Positions 7,739-16,758 of a stretch of 64,000 nt of DNA are shown in pieces (the stretch's first letter is position 1; every line of letters begins with the position of its first letter). The DNA is taken from IMG/VR virus record IMGVR_UViG_3300050821_007696, positions 1 through 64,000 of that record. One strand, 5' to 3'. Made by a program: the position numbers and the translations under genes. This stretch comes from a virus. The notes beneath the pieces are model-generated. The model searched no databases. It saw nothing but the letters and a program-made list of their open reading frames with translations, and was not told the origin of the DNA.

Positions 7739-7999
7739 ATGACGATGACCATGGACGCGACCCGCGTCGACCTGCTCAGTGACGAGGCAGGCCGCATCGC
7801 TGCAGCTAATCCGCCGTCGCGTGTCTTTGCGACCGTCGTGCTAGGTGTCTTCTTCGGCGTCTTCTGGGTCATCGGCCGCACCTGGTTCTATGCGTCCAAG
7901 GGCGTCATCTTCTGCGCCCTCGCCGCCCGCATGGGCTACCGCCGCGGTGCGAAGGTCCCGGTCGAGGCGAAGCCCGCGCAGTCCTCGTACCCGCAGTAA
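7739..7999 (+). CDS. small membrane protein
   Basis: hydrophobic core; leaderless TACGCT-N6-ATG. Confidence 0.75.
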   Translation: MTMTMDATRVDLLSDEAGRIAAANPPSRVFATVVLGVFFGVFWVIGRTWFYASKGVIFCALAARMGYRRGAKVPVEAKPAQSSYPQ

Positions 8000-8123
8000 G
8001 ATTCAGCCGGGGCTGGCTGCGGTTCCCGTTTTTCAGCGGGTGCTCAGGTGTAGAGGGCCAGCAGTACCGGGGGCGGCAATCCGGTGCACCGCACTACAGC
8101 TGTTCTTGCTGCTTGCGTCCCGG

Positions 8124-8211
8124 TACGCTTGCCTGGTAGTGGCATGCCTACGGCCAGCTCTGTCGCAGAGTTAGGAGCTAGGAGACCCTTCGCGAAAGGG
8201 CGTCTCCGGCT
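8124..8211 (+). promoter_or_regulatory. -10 box plus late-gene leader motif (portal)
   Basis: TACGCT...GCC-TAC-GGCC-AGCTCTG-TCG-CAGAGTT-A-GGAGCT, then hairpin GGAGAC...GTCTCC just before GTG. Confidence 0.75.
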
Positions 8212-9984
8212 GTGGGACTGATCGAGAGCGTCCGTGCCTCTGCCGCAGAGCAGCGGGTCATCGGCGGCGTTCCGTGGCGTCCCTGGACTAACCCGTTCTG
8301 GCGGTTCGACGTCGGCGGCCCGGTCCACCCGTCGCGGCAGTTCTTCGGCGCCGAAGAGGCGATGGGCCTGCCCGCGCTGTACGCCGGCGTCAAGCTCCTG
8401 TCGGACAACGCGGCCTCGCTGCCGCTGCGCGTCTACCAGTCCCTGGACGGCGGGGGCGGGTACGGGGCCGGCAAGCACCGGCTGTACGGCGGTCCCACCA
8501 TCTTCGACAAGCCGTCGGTCATCGGCACGTTCTTCGACTGGATGTCGCAGGCGATGGTGTCGGTGCTGCTGCAGGGCAACTGCTGGGGCTTCATCACCGG
8601 CAAGGACGGCTACGGCTTCCCGACGGGCATCGAGTGGATTCCGCCCGAGGACGTCTACGTCATGGAAGCCAAGGACGTCAACAGTGCCAACCCGCTGCGG
8701 TCGCGCGTGTTCGTCTTCGGCCGTGAGGTCCAGTGGTACGGCCCCGACTCCGAGGTGTTCCACGTCCGTGGCATTACCCTGCCCGGCCGGGTCGAGGCGA
8801 TCAGCCCGATGCGCGCCTTCGCGCTGACGATCAGCGCCGGCAAGGAAGCCCAGCGGTACGGCACCAGCTGGTACGAGGGCGGCGGCTTCCCCCCGGGAAC
8901 TTTCCAGAACGCTGAGATGGAAGTTAACGCAGCCCAGGCGGCCGAGATCCGCGCCGAGCTGGTTAAGTCGCTGCGCCGCCGCGAGCCGCTGGTCTACGGC
9001 CGCGACTGGGACTACAAGCCGGTGACCGTACCGCCGAGCGAGGCCCAGTTCATCGAGGCGATGCAGCTGAACGCGACGCAGGTCGCCGCGATCCTCAACC
9101 TGCCCCCGAACAAGCTCGGCGGCCTCGCCGGGGACAACCTGCACTACAGCTCGCAGGAGCAGGACACCCTGGCGATCATCGAGGCGCTGCGCCCGTGGCT
9201 GGTCCGGTTCGAGCAGAGCTTCTTCGACCTGCTGCCCCGCAACCGGTTCACCCGCTTCTACACCGACGCGCTGCTCAAGACCGACCTCGAAGCCCGCATG
9301 AACATGTACCAGGTCATGCGGAACATCGGCATGCGTACCGCCGACGAGATCCGCGAGCTGGAAGACCTGCCCCCGCTAGGGTCCGGGATCGGGGCCGAGG
9401 AAATGCCGCTGACCACGATGAACGCGATGGGTACCAGGGCCGGCGCCATCCCCAAGAGCTTCCTCAAGTCCGTCGTGCTGGAAATCGACGTCGCCGCCGA
9501 CCGGCTGATCAAGCTGGAGAAGACACTGATCTCCCAGGGCAAGCTCCCGCAGGCGGTCGCACCGCAGCCGGGCCAGGGCGGTGCCGGGCAGTCCGGCGGA
9601 GGTGCAGGCGGCGGTGCAACGGGTCCTGGCGCCACTCCCGGCGGACTCGGCGGCGCCCCTGCCGCGCCTGCGGTCACCGGGCCGGTCCCTCCTGCGGGGA
9701 AGGTGCCGATCGGCAAGCCGAACGCGCCGCTCCCCCTGGCCCAGGACCCGGCGTCGTTCCTCGCCTCGCTGATCAGCGTCCAGCGGGACATGGGCGTCGA
9801 TTTCGAGCTGCGCGAGCTGGCCCGGCACATGTACGCGCGCATCGCCGAGCGGGCGCACCAGATTGAGGTTCACGAGGCGGCACTGGGCGAGGAGATTCCG
9901 TCGGAGCACCTGTACGCCCCGTGGGTGCCCGGTCGCGATGACCTCCGCGACGTCGTCCTTTCCGCGAACGGACACCGCAAGTGA
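8212..9984 (+). CDS. HK97-family portal protein with Gly/Pro-rich C-terminal extension
   Basis: ASLPL, LLQGN, EVFHVRG, EAQFIE, TADEIRELEDLPP portal motifs. Confidence 0.95.
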   Translation: MGLIESVRASAAEQRVIGGVPWRPWTNPFWRFDVGGPVHPSRQFFGAEEAMGLPALYAGVKLLSDNAASLPLRVYQSLDGGGGYGAGKHRLYGGPTIFDKPSVIGTFFDWMSQAMVSVLLQGNCWGFITGKDGYGFPTGIEWIPPEDVYVMEAKDVNSANPLRSRVFVFGREVQWYGPDSEVFHVRGITLPGRVEAISPMRAFALTISAGKEAQRYGTSWYEGGGFPPGTFQNAEMEVNAAQAAEIRAELVKSLRRREPLVYGRDWDYKPVTVPPSEAQFIEAMQLNATQVAAILNLPPNKLGGLAGDNLHYSSQEQDTLAIIEALRPWLVRFEQSFFDLLPRNRFTRFYTDALLKTDLEARMNMYQVMRNIGMRTADEIRELEDLPPLGSGIGAEEMPLTTMNAMGTRAGAIPKSFLKSVVLEIDVAADRLIKLEKTLISQGKLPQAVAPQPGQGGAGQSGGGAGGGATGPGATPGGLGGAPAAPAVTGPVPPAGKVPIGKPNAPLPLAQDPASFLASLISVQRDMGVDFELRELARHMYARIAERAHQIEVHEAALGEEIPSEHLYAPWVPGRDDLRDVVLSANGHRK

Positions 9985-10066
9985 CACGTTGCACGTCAGG
10001 TAGCAGGTACCTACCCTGTTTTATAAGCCAGGCACACCCTGCGCTGTCTGAGAAGGAGACCACCAG

Positions 10067-11464
10067 ATGGCTGTTCTGAGCAGCAGCGCGCGGGACAACC
10101 TTCCCGACAGCGCCTTTGCCTACATCGAGCCCGGCGGCAAGAAGGTCAACGGCAAGACCGTTCCCGGCAGCCTCCGGCACTATCCCGTCCACGACGCCGC
10201 CCACGTCCGGAACGCCCTTGCCCGCGCAGGCCAGGGCTCCCGCTTCGCGAAGGAAGCCATGCCAAAGATCCTCGCCGCGGCCAAGCGGCACGGCGTCGAG
10301 CACGACAGCGCCGGCACCGGGCGGTCCCTCGACTCGCTGCTCCCCGAAGTCCGGTTCCTCGCCGACATCCCGGAGATCCGCAGCATCGGCGACGGCCAGC
10401 CCCCGCACATCACCGGGTACGCCGCCGCGTTCGGCAAGCTGTCCCGGCGCCTGGGCGGTTTCGTCGAGCGGGTCATGCCGACCGCTTTCAACGAGTCCCG
10501 CGACGCCGGCTGGCCTGACGTGGTCTGCCGGTACAACCACGACCCCAACATGGTGCTGGGTACCACCGGTTCCGGCACCCTGTCGCTGGCGATCGACGAG
10601 CGCGGTCTGCACTACGACGTGCTCCCCCCGGAGTGCCGCTCCGATGTCGTTGAGTACGTGCAGCGCGGCGACGTCCGCTACAGCTCCTTCGCGTTCCGCT
10701 GCATGGTTCCCGGCGAGGACGACGAGTGGGGCGTCTCCGACTTCGGCTTCCCGATGCGGTCCCTGCACAAGGTGCAGACGGTCGACACCGCGCCTGTCCT
10801 CGACCCCGCCTACCGTGACACCAGCGCCGTCGCCCGCAATATGACCGGCGCCGTGGAGTCCCTGGCCATGTGGGTCGACGCCGAGCCGGCCGAGGTCCGC
10901 AGCATGCTGGAGGCCGGGCAGGCGATCCGGCTGTTCAAGCGCAGCGACCGGCCCGTGCCGAAGCCCGCCCCTGTTCCGGAGACCCGCGAGTCCGGCATGC
11001 TCGACGACCCGCAGGTTGCGCTCCGGCACTGGACTTACGTGGCGGAGGAAGAGGCCGCGGGTGAAGAGCGCGCGGAGCAGGAGGACGAGGAGCAGCGCGA
11101 GCACACCGCCGAGGAAATCCTTGAGCACGCCGAGGAAAGCCGGGCGATGCACAACGCCGACACCATGTGCCGCAAGTACGTGGACGGCGAGCCCTGCGTG
11201 ATGGGTTCCGGGCACGACGGCGACTGCACCGGCCGCTGCTACTCCCGGCCTAACGGCCTGCCCTGCGCGATGGCAGCCGGCCACCACGGCGCGCATACCC
11301 CGATGGAAGTCGACGACGGCGCCGGCCGCGGTCCCGGACGTCCCCGCAACCGCGACGCGGGCGAGACCGAGGCTGCCGCAGAGGCGGAGAAGCGGACCCT
11401 GACCGGCCCGGAAGCCCTGGCGGCTGTGTTCGCGATGCGCGAGCAGCTCACCGTGATTGACTAA
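10067..11464 (+). CDS. HK97-type prohead protease with N- and C-terminal extensions
   Basis: ITGYAAAF, YNHD, SSFAF, PAYRDT motifs; SD AAGGAG. Confidence 0.92.
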   Translation: MAVLSSSARDNLPDSAFAYIEPGGKKVNGKTVPGSLRHYPVHDAAHVRNALARAGQGSRFAKEAMPKILAAAKRHGVEHDSAGTGRSLDSLLPEVRFLADIPEIRSIGDGQPPHITGYAAAFGKLSRRLGGFVERVMPTAFNESRDAGWPDVVCRYNHDPNMVLGTTGSGTLSLAIDERGLHYDVLPPECRSDVVEYVQRGDVRYSSFAFRCMVPGEDDEWGVSDFGFPMRSLHKVQTVDTAPVLDPAYRDTSAVARNMTGAVESLAMWVDAEPAEVRSMLEAGQAIRLFKRSDRPVPKPAPVPETRESGMLDDPQVALRHWTYVAEEEAAGEERAEQEDEEQREHTAEEILEHAEESRAMHNADTMCRKYVDGEPCVMGSGHDGDCTGRCYSRPNGLPCAMAAGHHGAHTPMEVDDGAGRGPGRPRNRDAGETEAAAEAEKRTLTGPEALAAVFAMREQLTVID

Positions 11465-11792
11465 GCCCGTGCAGCGCGGGGAGATCGAGCGCATGCTCCA
11501 GGCGATGGAGCAGCGGCTGACTACGAAACTGGAGAACATCATGGCAGCTCAGGACGACATCAACACGGCGGTAGCGGATCTCACTGCGCTGCTGACCGAC
11601 ATGCAGGCGGACATCACCACTATCGGCACCGGCGTGACCGCGATCCAGGCGGCCCTCGCGGCGCTCCCGGCGTCGGTCGACACCACGGCGCTGAATGCCG
11701 CGGTCGCGCAGATCGCGCAGGCGCAGGTGAACCTGGATGCGTCAGCGGCCTCGGTCGCGAACGTGGTTCCCCCGGCGCCGCCCGCGGGTTAA
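11457..11792 (+). CDS. coiled-coil hypothetical protein (start may be ATG 11541)
   Basis: heptad-like Ala/Thr-rich helix; between protease and capsid genes. Confidence 0.7.
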   Translation: MTKPVQRGEIERMLQAMEQRLTTKLENIMAAQDDINTAVADLTALLTDMQADITTIGTGVTAIQAALAALPASVDTTALNAAVAQIAQAQVNLDASAASVANVVPPAPPAG

Positions 11793-11823
11793 GCTGAAGC
11801 CCTCGTCTGGTAGCGAGGTCTAA

Positions 11824-11857
11824 TAGGCGTCCTGCGGATTCGTCCCCAGGGCGCCTA
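11824..11857 (+). terminator. hairpin terminator
   Basis: TAGGCGTCCTG...CAGGGCGCCTA. Confidence 0.55.
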
Positions 11858-11879
11858 TGCGTTTACCGGGGTTTTCCCC

Positions 11880-11959
11880 TAGTCTTGAATTTGAGTTATA
11901 GCCACGGCCGCGCGTTCTGCGCTGGAGCTGGTCCCGTCCTGGAACAGGAAGGACCGGCA
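11880..11959 (+). promoter_or_regulatory. -10 box plus late-gene leader motif (major capsid)
   Basis: TAGTCT...GCC-AC-GGCC-GCGC-GTTCT-GCGC-T-GGAGCT; SD AGGAAGGA buried in GCTGGTCC/GGACCGGC hairpin. Confidence 0.8.
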
Positions 11960-13327
11960 GTGGCATCGGACCTTGCCAACAGCCTTCACGAGCAGGAGCT
12001 GGGGGTCTGGGCGAAGATCCAGTCCCTGGCGATGACTGCCTCGACTGAGAAGCGCAATTTCACCGAAGACGAGCAGCGCTCTTTCAACGCGATGCACGAG
12101 GAGCTGGACGGCGTCGACCAGCGCCTGAAGCAGATCCTCGAAGACGAGAAGCGCACCGCGGCGACCGACGAGATGTACGCCGGCCTTGAGCAGCGCGCTT
12201 CCAACCCGGGCATGAACCGGAAGCTGAACGACTTCGAGGTCGAGATGCGGGCCTTCGCCCGCGGCGAGAAGCGCACCCTCGACATCGTCAGCTCCGAGTC
12301 CCGGATCATGCAGCGGCTCGGCACCGGCCGTCCCATCAGCCCGGCTGAAGTCCGCGTGCTGACCGACGCCTACGTTGCGCCCGGCTCGTTCACCAACCAG
12401 ACCAACGCCGGCATTGTCCCGATTGACTTCTACGACCAGCTGCTCGCCTACCTCATTGAGGTCTCGGGCGTCATGCAGACCGGCCCGACCGTTCTGAACA
12501 CCGCCGGCGGCGAGCCGATCCAGGTTCCCATCGTGCAGCAGCACACCGGCCTGACCTCTGCGGGCGTCCAGGTAGGCGTCTCGGCCGCGCAGTCCGCGAC
12601 CCTGGCGACCGCCGACCCGGTCTTCGCGCAGAAGACCCTGACCGCCAACAAGTTCGGCATCCTGATCCAGGTAGCCCGTGAACTGATCGACGACAGCGGC
12701 GTCAACCTGCTCGGCTACCTCGCCATGTCGGCGGGCCGCGCGATCGGCAACGCGCTCGGCTCCTCGCTGATCAACGGCGGCAACGGCATCTCCGGCAACA
12801 TCATGTCAGCGCCCGTCGCGGTCACCGGCACCAGCTCCACGGCCGCGGGCGCCTCCGCCACCGGCCAGGTTCCCGGCGGCCCGTCGTACTCCAACCTGAT
12901 CGACATGGAGTACTCGGTTATCGCCCCCTACCGTCAGTCGCGCAGCTGCTACTGGCTCGGCGCGGACCGCACCCTCGCGGCCCTGCGGAAGCTGACCGAC
13001 TCCGTCGGCCGCCCCCTGTGGGAGCCCTCGACGGTCCTCGGCTCGCCCGACCTGCTGCTCGGCAAGCCGCTGGTCGCCGATCCGTTCATGAACGCCCTCA
13101 ATACCACGTCCAGCCCGTCGATCGTCTTCGGCGACTTCAGCCAGTACTTCGTCCGGATGGTCGGCGGAGTCCGGTTCGAGCGGTCGGACGACTTCGCCTT
13201 CGGGTCGGACCTGGTGTCCTTCAGGGCCATCATCCGGGCTGACGGCCAGCTGATGAACCCGCCCACCTCGGTTACCCCGCTGCTGAAGGGCCAGCCGCTG
13301 GTCCTGTTCCAGGGCGGCACCAGCTGA
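11960..13327 (+). CDS. HK97-fold major capsid protein
   Basis: N-terminal coiled-coil delta domain; ELIDDS, LLGKP, VFGDFSQY motifs; GTG start at 11960. Confidence 0.95.
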   Translation: MASDLANSLHEQELGVWAKIQSLAMTASTEKRNFTEDEQRSFNAMHEELDGVDQRLKQILEDEKRTAATDEMYAGLEQRASNPGMNRKLNDFEVEMRAFARGEKRTLDIVSSESRIMQRLGTGRPISPAEVRVLTDAYVAPGSFTNQTNAGIVPIDFYDQLLAYLIEVSGVMQTGPTVLNTAGGEPIQVPIVQQHTGLTSAGVQVGVSAAQSATLATADPVFAQKTLTANKFGILIQVARELIDDSGVNLLGYLAMSAGRAIGNALGSSLINGGNGISGNIMSAPVAVTGTSSTAAGASATGQVPGGPSYSNLIDMEYSVIAPYRQSRSCYWLGADRTLAALRKLTDSVGRPLWEPSTVLGSPDLLLGKPLVADPFMNALNTTSSPSIVFGDFSQYFVRMVGGVRFERSDDFAFGSDLVSFRAIIRADGQLMNPPTSVTPLLKGQPLVLFQGGTS

Positions 13328-13363
13328 GTTAAGCTGGCGGCACCCTGCGATAGGTGTGCTCTA

Positions 13364-13405
13364 CGGGAAGCCCGTCTTCGGTTTACGCTGAAGGCGGGTT
13401 TTCCG
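13364..13405 (+). terminator. terminator after capsid gene
   Basis: CGGGAAGCCCGTCTTC...GAAGGCGGGTTTTCCG. Confidence 0.65.
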
Positions 13406-13422
13406 CTGCTTAGGAGGCGTAC

Positions 13423-13923
13423 GTGAAAGCTGTCCGTCTGACCCGGGCCAACGGCCTGAACGAGCGCGTCCAGGGTGACGCCACCGCGATCCGGTACCTG
13501 GAGGACGCGGAAGCGGACCTCATGGTGAACGAGTTGAAGCTCGCCGTGTACGCGCCCGAGCACGACCCGCACCCGTCGTTCACGGCAAGCGGCGTGCAGG
13601 AGATCCCGGTCGTCAAGCGGGAGAACGCGCCGAGCGGCGAGCAGGTTGTCAGCATGATGGAACGCGGGCTCACCCCGGAAGAGGCTGCCCGGGAGCTGGT
13701 GCAGCTGACCGAGGAGTACGGCCTGTACGACGACGACCCGGTGATACTGCCCGGCCGTGCTGCTGACGGGGACGGGCTGACGCAGCCGTGGACGACGCAC
13801 TCGAAGGCGAAGTGGATTGAGTGGGCGCTGCACGGCAGCCACGGCCAGCCCCGTCCCGATCTCGCTGAGGTTGCCGGCCTTACCAAGAACGAGCTGATGT
13901 CCCGCTATGGCGAGCGGCTGTAG
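13423..13923 (+). CDS. hypothetical protein with C-terminal HeH/LEM-like segment
   Basis: SD AGGAGG; SKAKWIEWA...LTKNELMSRYG. Confidence 0.75.
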   Translation: MKAVRLTRANGLNERVQGDATAIRYLEDAEADLMVNELKLAVYAPEHDPHPSFTASGVQEIPVVKRENAPSGEQVVSMMERGLTPEEAARELVQLTEEYGLYDDDPVILPGRAADGDGLTQPWTTHSKAKWIEWALHGSHGQPRPDLAEVAGLTKNELMSRYGERL

Positions 13924-13928
13924 CACCC

Positions 13929-13984
13929 TACACTGGGGGTATAAGACACGAAGCATCTGCGGCCTGCTGGTAGCAGCAGGAGCC
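13929..13984 (+). promoter_or_regulatory. -10 box plus late-gene leader motif (gene at 14016)
   Basis: TACACT...TCT-GC-GGCC-TGCTG-GTAG-CAGCA-GGAGCC. Confidence 0.7.
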
Positions 13985-14015
13985 GGACAGCCTCGCCACC
14001 CGTGAAGGAGACACG

Positions 14016-14543
14016 ATGGCAGCTGTCAGCGACGGCACCAACCCGGGCCGCAGCCCGCGTCCTCAGCGCCAGATGCCGGCCCGGGGGCGCAACGGCGCCG
14101 GCGAGCCCGGTCTCGACCCGACTAACCAGCGGGGCCAGCTCCCCAGCGAGATCTTCGGCTTCGCCCAGCACTATTCCACCGGCGCCCCCGGCAGCGCAGG
14201 CTCCCGCACCAGCGCGTCGACGGACGTCACCGAGTACGACGGCCAGCTCGAAGAGGGCATCACCGGCCTGAGCGGTGCGCCCATTACCTCGACGGGCGCC
14301 CCCGGCAGCAGCGGCGCGTCTAACAGCGGCGGCGGCGAGACAGTCACCTACACCGACTTCTTCGGCTTCATGGGCCAGGAGCACCGCGAGTCTTCGACGA
14401 CCGGGACTATCAGCGGCAACGGCGACTGGACCCAGTTCAACAGCGACGGCTACGCAGGCGGCCCCACGCTGCCGATCCTCCAGAACGCCCGGCCCACCTC
14501 TACCGGTGCCGGCGAAGGCCGCGTCCGGGGGATGCACCCGTAA
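14016..14543 (+). CDS. Gly/Ser/Thr-rich putative virion protein
   Basis: SD AAGGAG; repeated STGAPGS; low complexity. Confidence 0.75.
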   Translation: MAAVSDGTNPGRSPRPQRQMPARGRNGAGEPGLDPTNQRGQLPSEIFGFAQHYSTGAPGSAGSRTSASTDVTEYDGQLEEGITGLSGAPITSTGAPGSSGASNSGGGETVTYTDFFGFMGQEHRESSTTGTISGNGDWTQFNSDGYAGGPTLPILQNARPTSTGAGEGRVRGMHP

Positions 14544-14698
14544 TGAAGGACTTCTCCGGGGTCAAGTGGACGGCATGGCCGCTGGCGGGCGCGGTCGGTG
14601 CCGGCCGGCAGGACGAGCTTGCCCCGCCCCCGGAGGGGTTCGGCCTCACGCCGTCCGCGTTCGTCCAGGAGGAGGCGCCTGATGCAGGACCTGAGTGA
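14543..14698 (+). CDS. hypothetical protein, 51 aa
   Basis: TAATG-coupled ORF below track cutoff. Confidence 0.5.
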   Translation: MKDFSGVKWTAWPLAGAVGAGRQDELAPPPEGFGLTPSAFVQEEAPDAGPE

Positions 14699-14927
14699 CA
14701 TCGCCCGGGGGACCCTCGTCGGCGACTCGTCGATGCACGCGGGCAACACCGTCAGCGTCGTCCCGCCGTTCAGCCCGGCCGGCAGTGAGTCCGAGGCGAC
14801 CCAGGGCATCCCGTCGCACAGCCGTCCTGAGCCTGACCTCGGTCCTAACAACGACCGCCAGCTCAAAACGCTGATTGGCAGCAGCTCGTTCCACCCGACC
14901 GCCGTGACCTGGAAGAAGGTGCCGTAA
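14682..14927 (+). CDS. hypothetical protein
   Basis: SD GGAGG before ATG 14682. Confidence 0.7.
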   Translation: MQDLSDIARGTLVGDSSMHAGNTVSVVPPFSPAGSESEATQGIPSHSRPEPDLGPNNDRQLKTLIGSSSFHPTAVTWKKVP

Positions 14928-15208
14928 TGGCAGTAGGCAGCTGGGGGCCGGTCGAGCACCCCACAGGGCGCGGCGGCGAGCCGACCGGCGCCAAGGGCGG
15001 TGAGCCGACCCTGTCGACGCCGTCTTCGCACGAGGGCTCGCCGCGGCACGCGGTCAACTACAACGCCACCGACGGGCGGCACAACCGGGAATCCGGCCTC
15101 GCGCCGTGGGGCTCGATTGACCACTTTTCCGGTCCCACTTCCGACACCGACTTCGGCAGCACGACCGGCTCGTTCGAGGACGGCCCCGGCGTGTGGCGCC
15201 AGACCTAG
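14927..15208 (+). CDS. Gly/Ser/Thr-rich hypothetical protein
   Basis: TAATG-coupled; low complexity. Confidence 0.7.
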   Translation: MAVGSWGPVEHPTGRGGEPTGAKGGEPTLSTPSSHEGSPRHAVNYNATDGRHNRESGLAPWGSIDHFSGPTSDTDFGSTTGSFEDGPGVWRQT

Positions 15209-15209
15209 C

Positions 15210-15596
15210 GTGAACAAGACCGCCCGGACGGCCGCCGTGTTCCTTACGGTGGCCGTCGCCGTTTCCGTGCTAGTCGCCTACTGGCCCAAGGTCATGCACT
15301 TCCTCGGGTGGGACGGGCAGACCAGCGACTATTACGCAGCCTGGTCGTCCAGTGTCCCGGCGCTGTTCACCCTGGTGGGCCTGTCGACGCTGATCACCGG
15401 CATGTGGGCGCATGTCAACTGCCATGAGGCGGGCTGCTGGCGGATCGGCAAGCACAAGGTCAGCGGCACGCCCTGGTGCGGTGTCCACCACGACCACGCC
15501 CGGCCCGAGCGGACGGAACGCGAGCTACTAGAGTCGATCGAGGCGAGTCTCGGGCAGCTGGTCGTGCTGCTGAAGACGCGCTCGGGCGACCTGTGA
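15210..15596 (+). CDS. membrane protein, two TM helices plus Cys/His cluster
   Basis: two hydrophobic segments; NCHEAGC...WCGVHH. Confidence 0.75.
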   Translation: MNKTARTAAVFLTVAVAVSVLVAYWPKVMHFLGWDGQTSDYYAAWSSSVPALFTLVGLSTLITGMWAHVNCHEAGCWRIGKHKVSGTPWCGVHHDHARPERTERELLESIEASLGQLVVLLKTRSGDL

Positions 15597-15961
15597 CCTG
15601 GCGGCGGGTTCATGACTTCCTGTGGCAGACGGCCTTGAACCTGCATCACCAGAAGGCTGTGCGGCTGCTCGGTATCGTTGTCGTCCTCGACGTAGCGGGC
15701 GGTGCGGTTTTCGGTGCGGTCGACCACTGCGGGCTGTGGAACGGCCTGTACTTCGGCGTCGTCACCGTGACCACCGTCGGGTACGGGGACGTCACCCCGC
15801 ACGGCTGGGCTGCCCATATAGTCGCCCTGGCCATCATGGTCCTGATCATTCCCACTTGGACGGCAGTGTTCTCGTTTTTCACCACCGGGCTGATGGCCGA
15901 GCACGTCGACGCCAAGACCGACAGGCAGACAGCCGAGCTGAAGGAGCAGATGCCGCTATGA
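15593..15961 (+). CDS. two-TM potassium channel pore protein (KcsA/Kcv-like)
   Basis: TM1, pore helix LYFGVVTV, filter TTVGYGD, TM2; GTGA-coupled. Confidence 0.9.
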   Translation: MTWRRVHDFLWQTALNLHHQKAVRLLGIVVVLDVAGGAVFGAVDHCGLWNGLYFGVVTVTTVGYGDVTPHGWAAHIVALAIMVLIIPTWTAVFSFFTTGLMAEHVDAKTDRQTAELKEQMPL

Positions 15962-16245
15962 CGCTGTCAGTTACCCGTGACCGCGCCCGGAAGACTGTCG
16001 TCATCCGCGCTGTTGCCGGGCCGGCCGTCTTCGAGATCGAGGAGCAGCCGGGTCACGCGCTCGCTTTCTGGCACGAGCTGAGCAAGGTAGTCGCCGCTCC
16101 GGATACTGAGGCGCGGGCTGAGGCCGGTTACAGCAGGTATGTGGCGCACTGCGGCGGGGTCTCCGTGCACGGCGAGCCGCTGCCCGCCTGGGGGCTGATG
16201 AACGAGGCCGTCCGCCAGCACTGGATTGCCGCCTTCACGGAGTAG
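15958..16245 (+). CDS. hypothetical protein
   Basis: ATGA-coupled ORF. Confidence 0.7.
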   Translation: MTLSVTRDRARKTVVIRAVAGPAVFEIEEQPGHALAFWHELSKVVAAPDTEARAEAGYSRYVAHCGGVSVHGEPLPAWGLMNEAVRQHWIAAFTE

Positions 16246-16247
16246 CT

Positions 16248-16457
16248 GTGAACACACGGAAGATGGCCCGCAAGCTCGCCGTGCACGGCAAGACCTGCGC
16301 CGCGGCACGCCGGGCTAACGGGAAGCTCGTCCCCTGCCCGTGCGGCACGTCACTCGGCTGGCTGTGCGGCTGCGGGCAGACCGTCATCCTGCGCGGCGGC
16401 GCGTGCGGCGAACTCCAGGCGAACGACGGGGCGCGCAACGGCCTCGTGACGTACTAA
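16248..16457 (+). CDS. small Cys-rich protein
   Basis: CPCG...CGCG motifs. Confidence 0.6.
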   Translation: MNTRKMARKLAVHGKTCAAARRANGKLVPCPCGTSLGWLCGCGQTVILRGGACGELQANDGARNGLVTY

Positions 16458-16460
16458 CCT

Positions 16461-16568
16461 GGCGGGCAGGTTTGCAAGCACCCGGTCGCGCCGTTCGAGT
16501 CGGCAGGCTGCCCAGGAAGCCAGTGGCCCCTTCCGGGTGCGGCGGTTCGATTCCGCCGGCGCCGCCCC
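16461..16568 (+). ncRNA. structured intergenic RNA with two T-loop hairpins
   Basis: GCCG-TTCGAGT-CGGC and CGGCGG-TTCGATT-CCGCCG; no complete cloverleaf. Confidence 0.45.
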
Positions 16569-16611
16569 TCGACCTGGTGACGGGGACGGCGAGCTGGCTA
16601 TGCTGCCCTGC

Positions 16612-16758
16612 ATGGCAGATCAGTACTACGCACAGGTTTACCTCCGCGGCTGCGGCGAGATGATCGGTGTCAGGACCGAAGTTGACCTCGAAACCGATCC
16701 GGTGCTCGGCAAGATGACAATCTGGTTCATCAAGCCGGAAGACGAAGAGGCTGAGTGA
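16612..16758 (+). CDS. hypothetical protein, 48 aa
   Basis: leaderless TATGCT-N7-ATG; coupled to the GT gene. Confidence 0.6.
   Translation: MADQYYAQVYLRGCGEMIGVRTEVDLETDPVLGKMTIWFIKPEDEEAE

Noticed and set aside
9985-10066. Late-gene leader motif before the prohead protease
   Set aside because: Has a -10-like box and a hairpin but lacks GGCC...GGAGC
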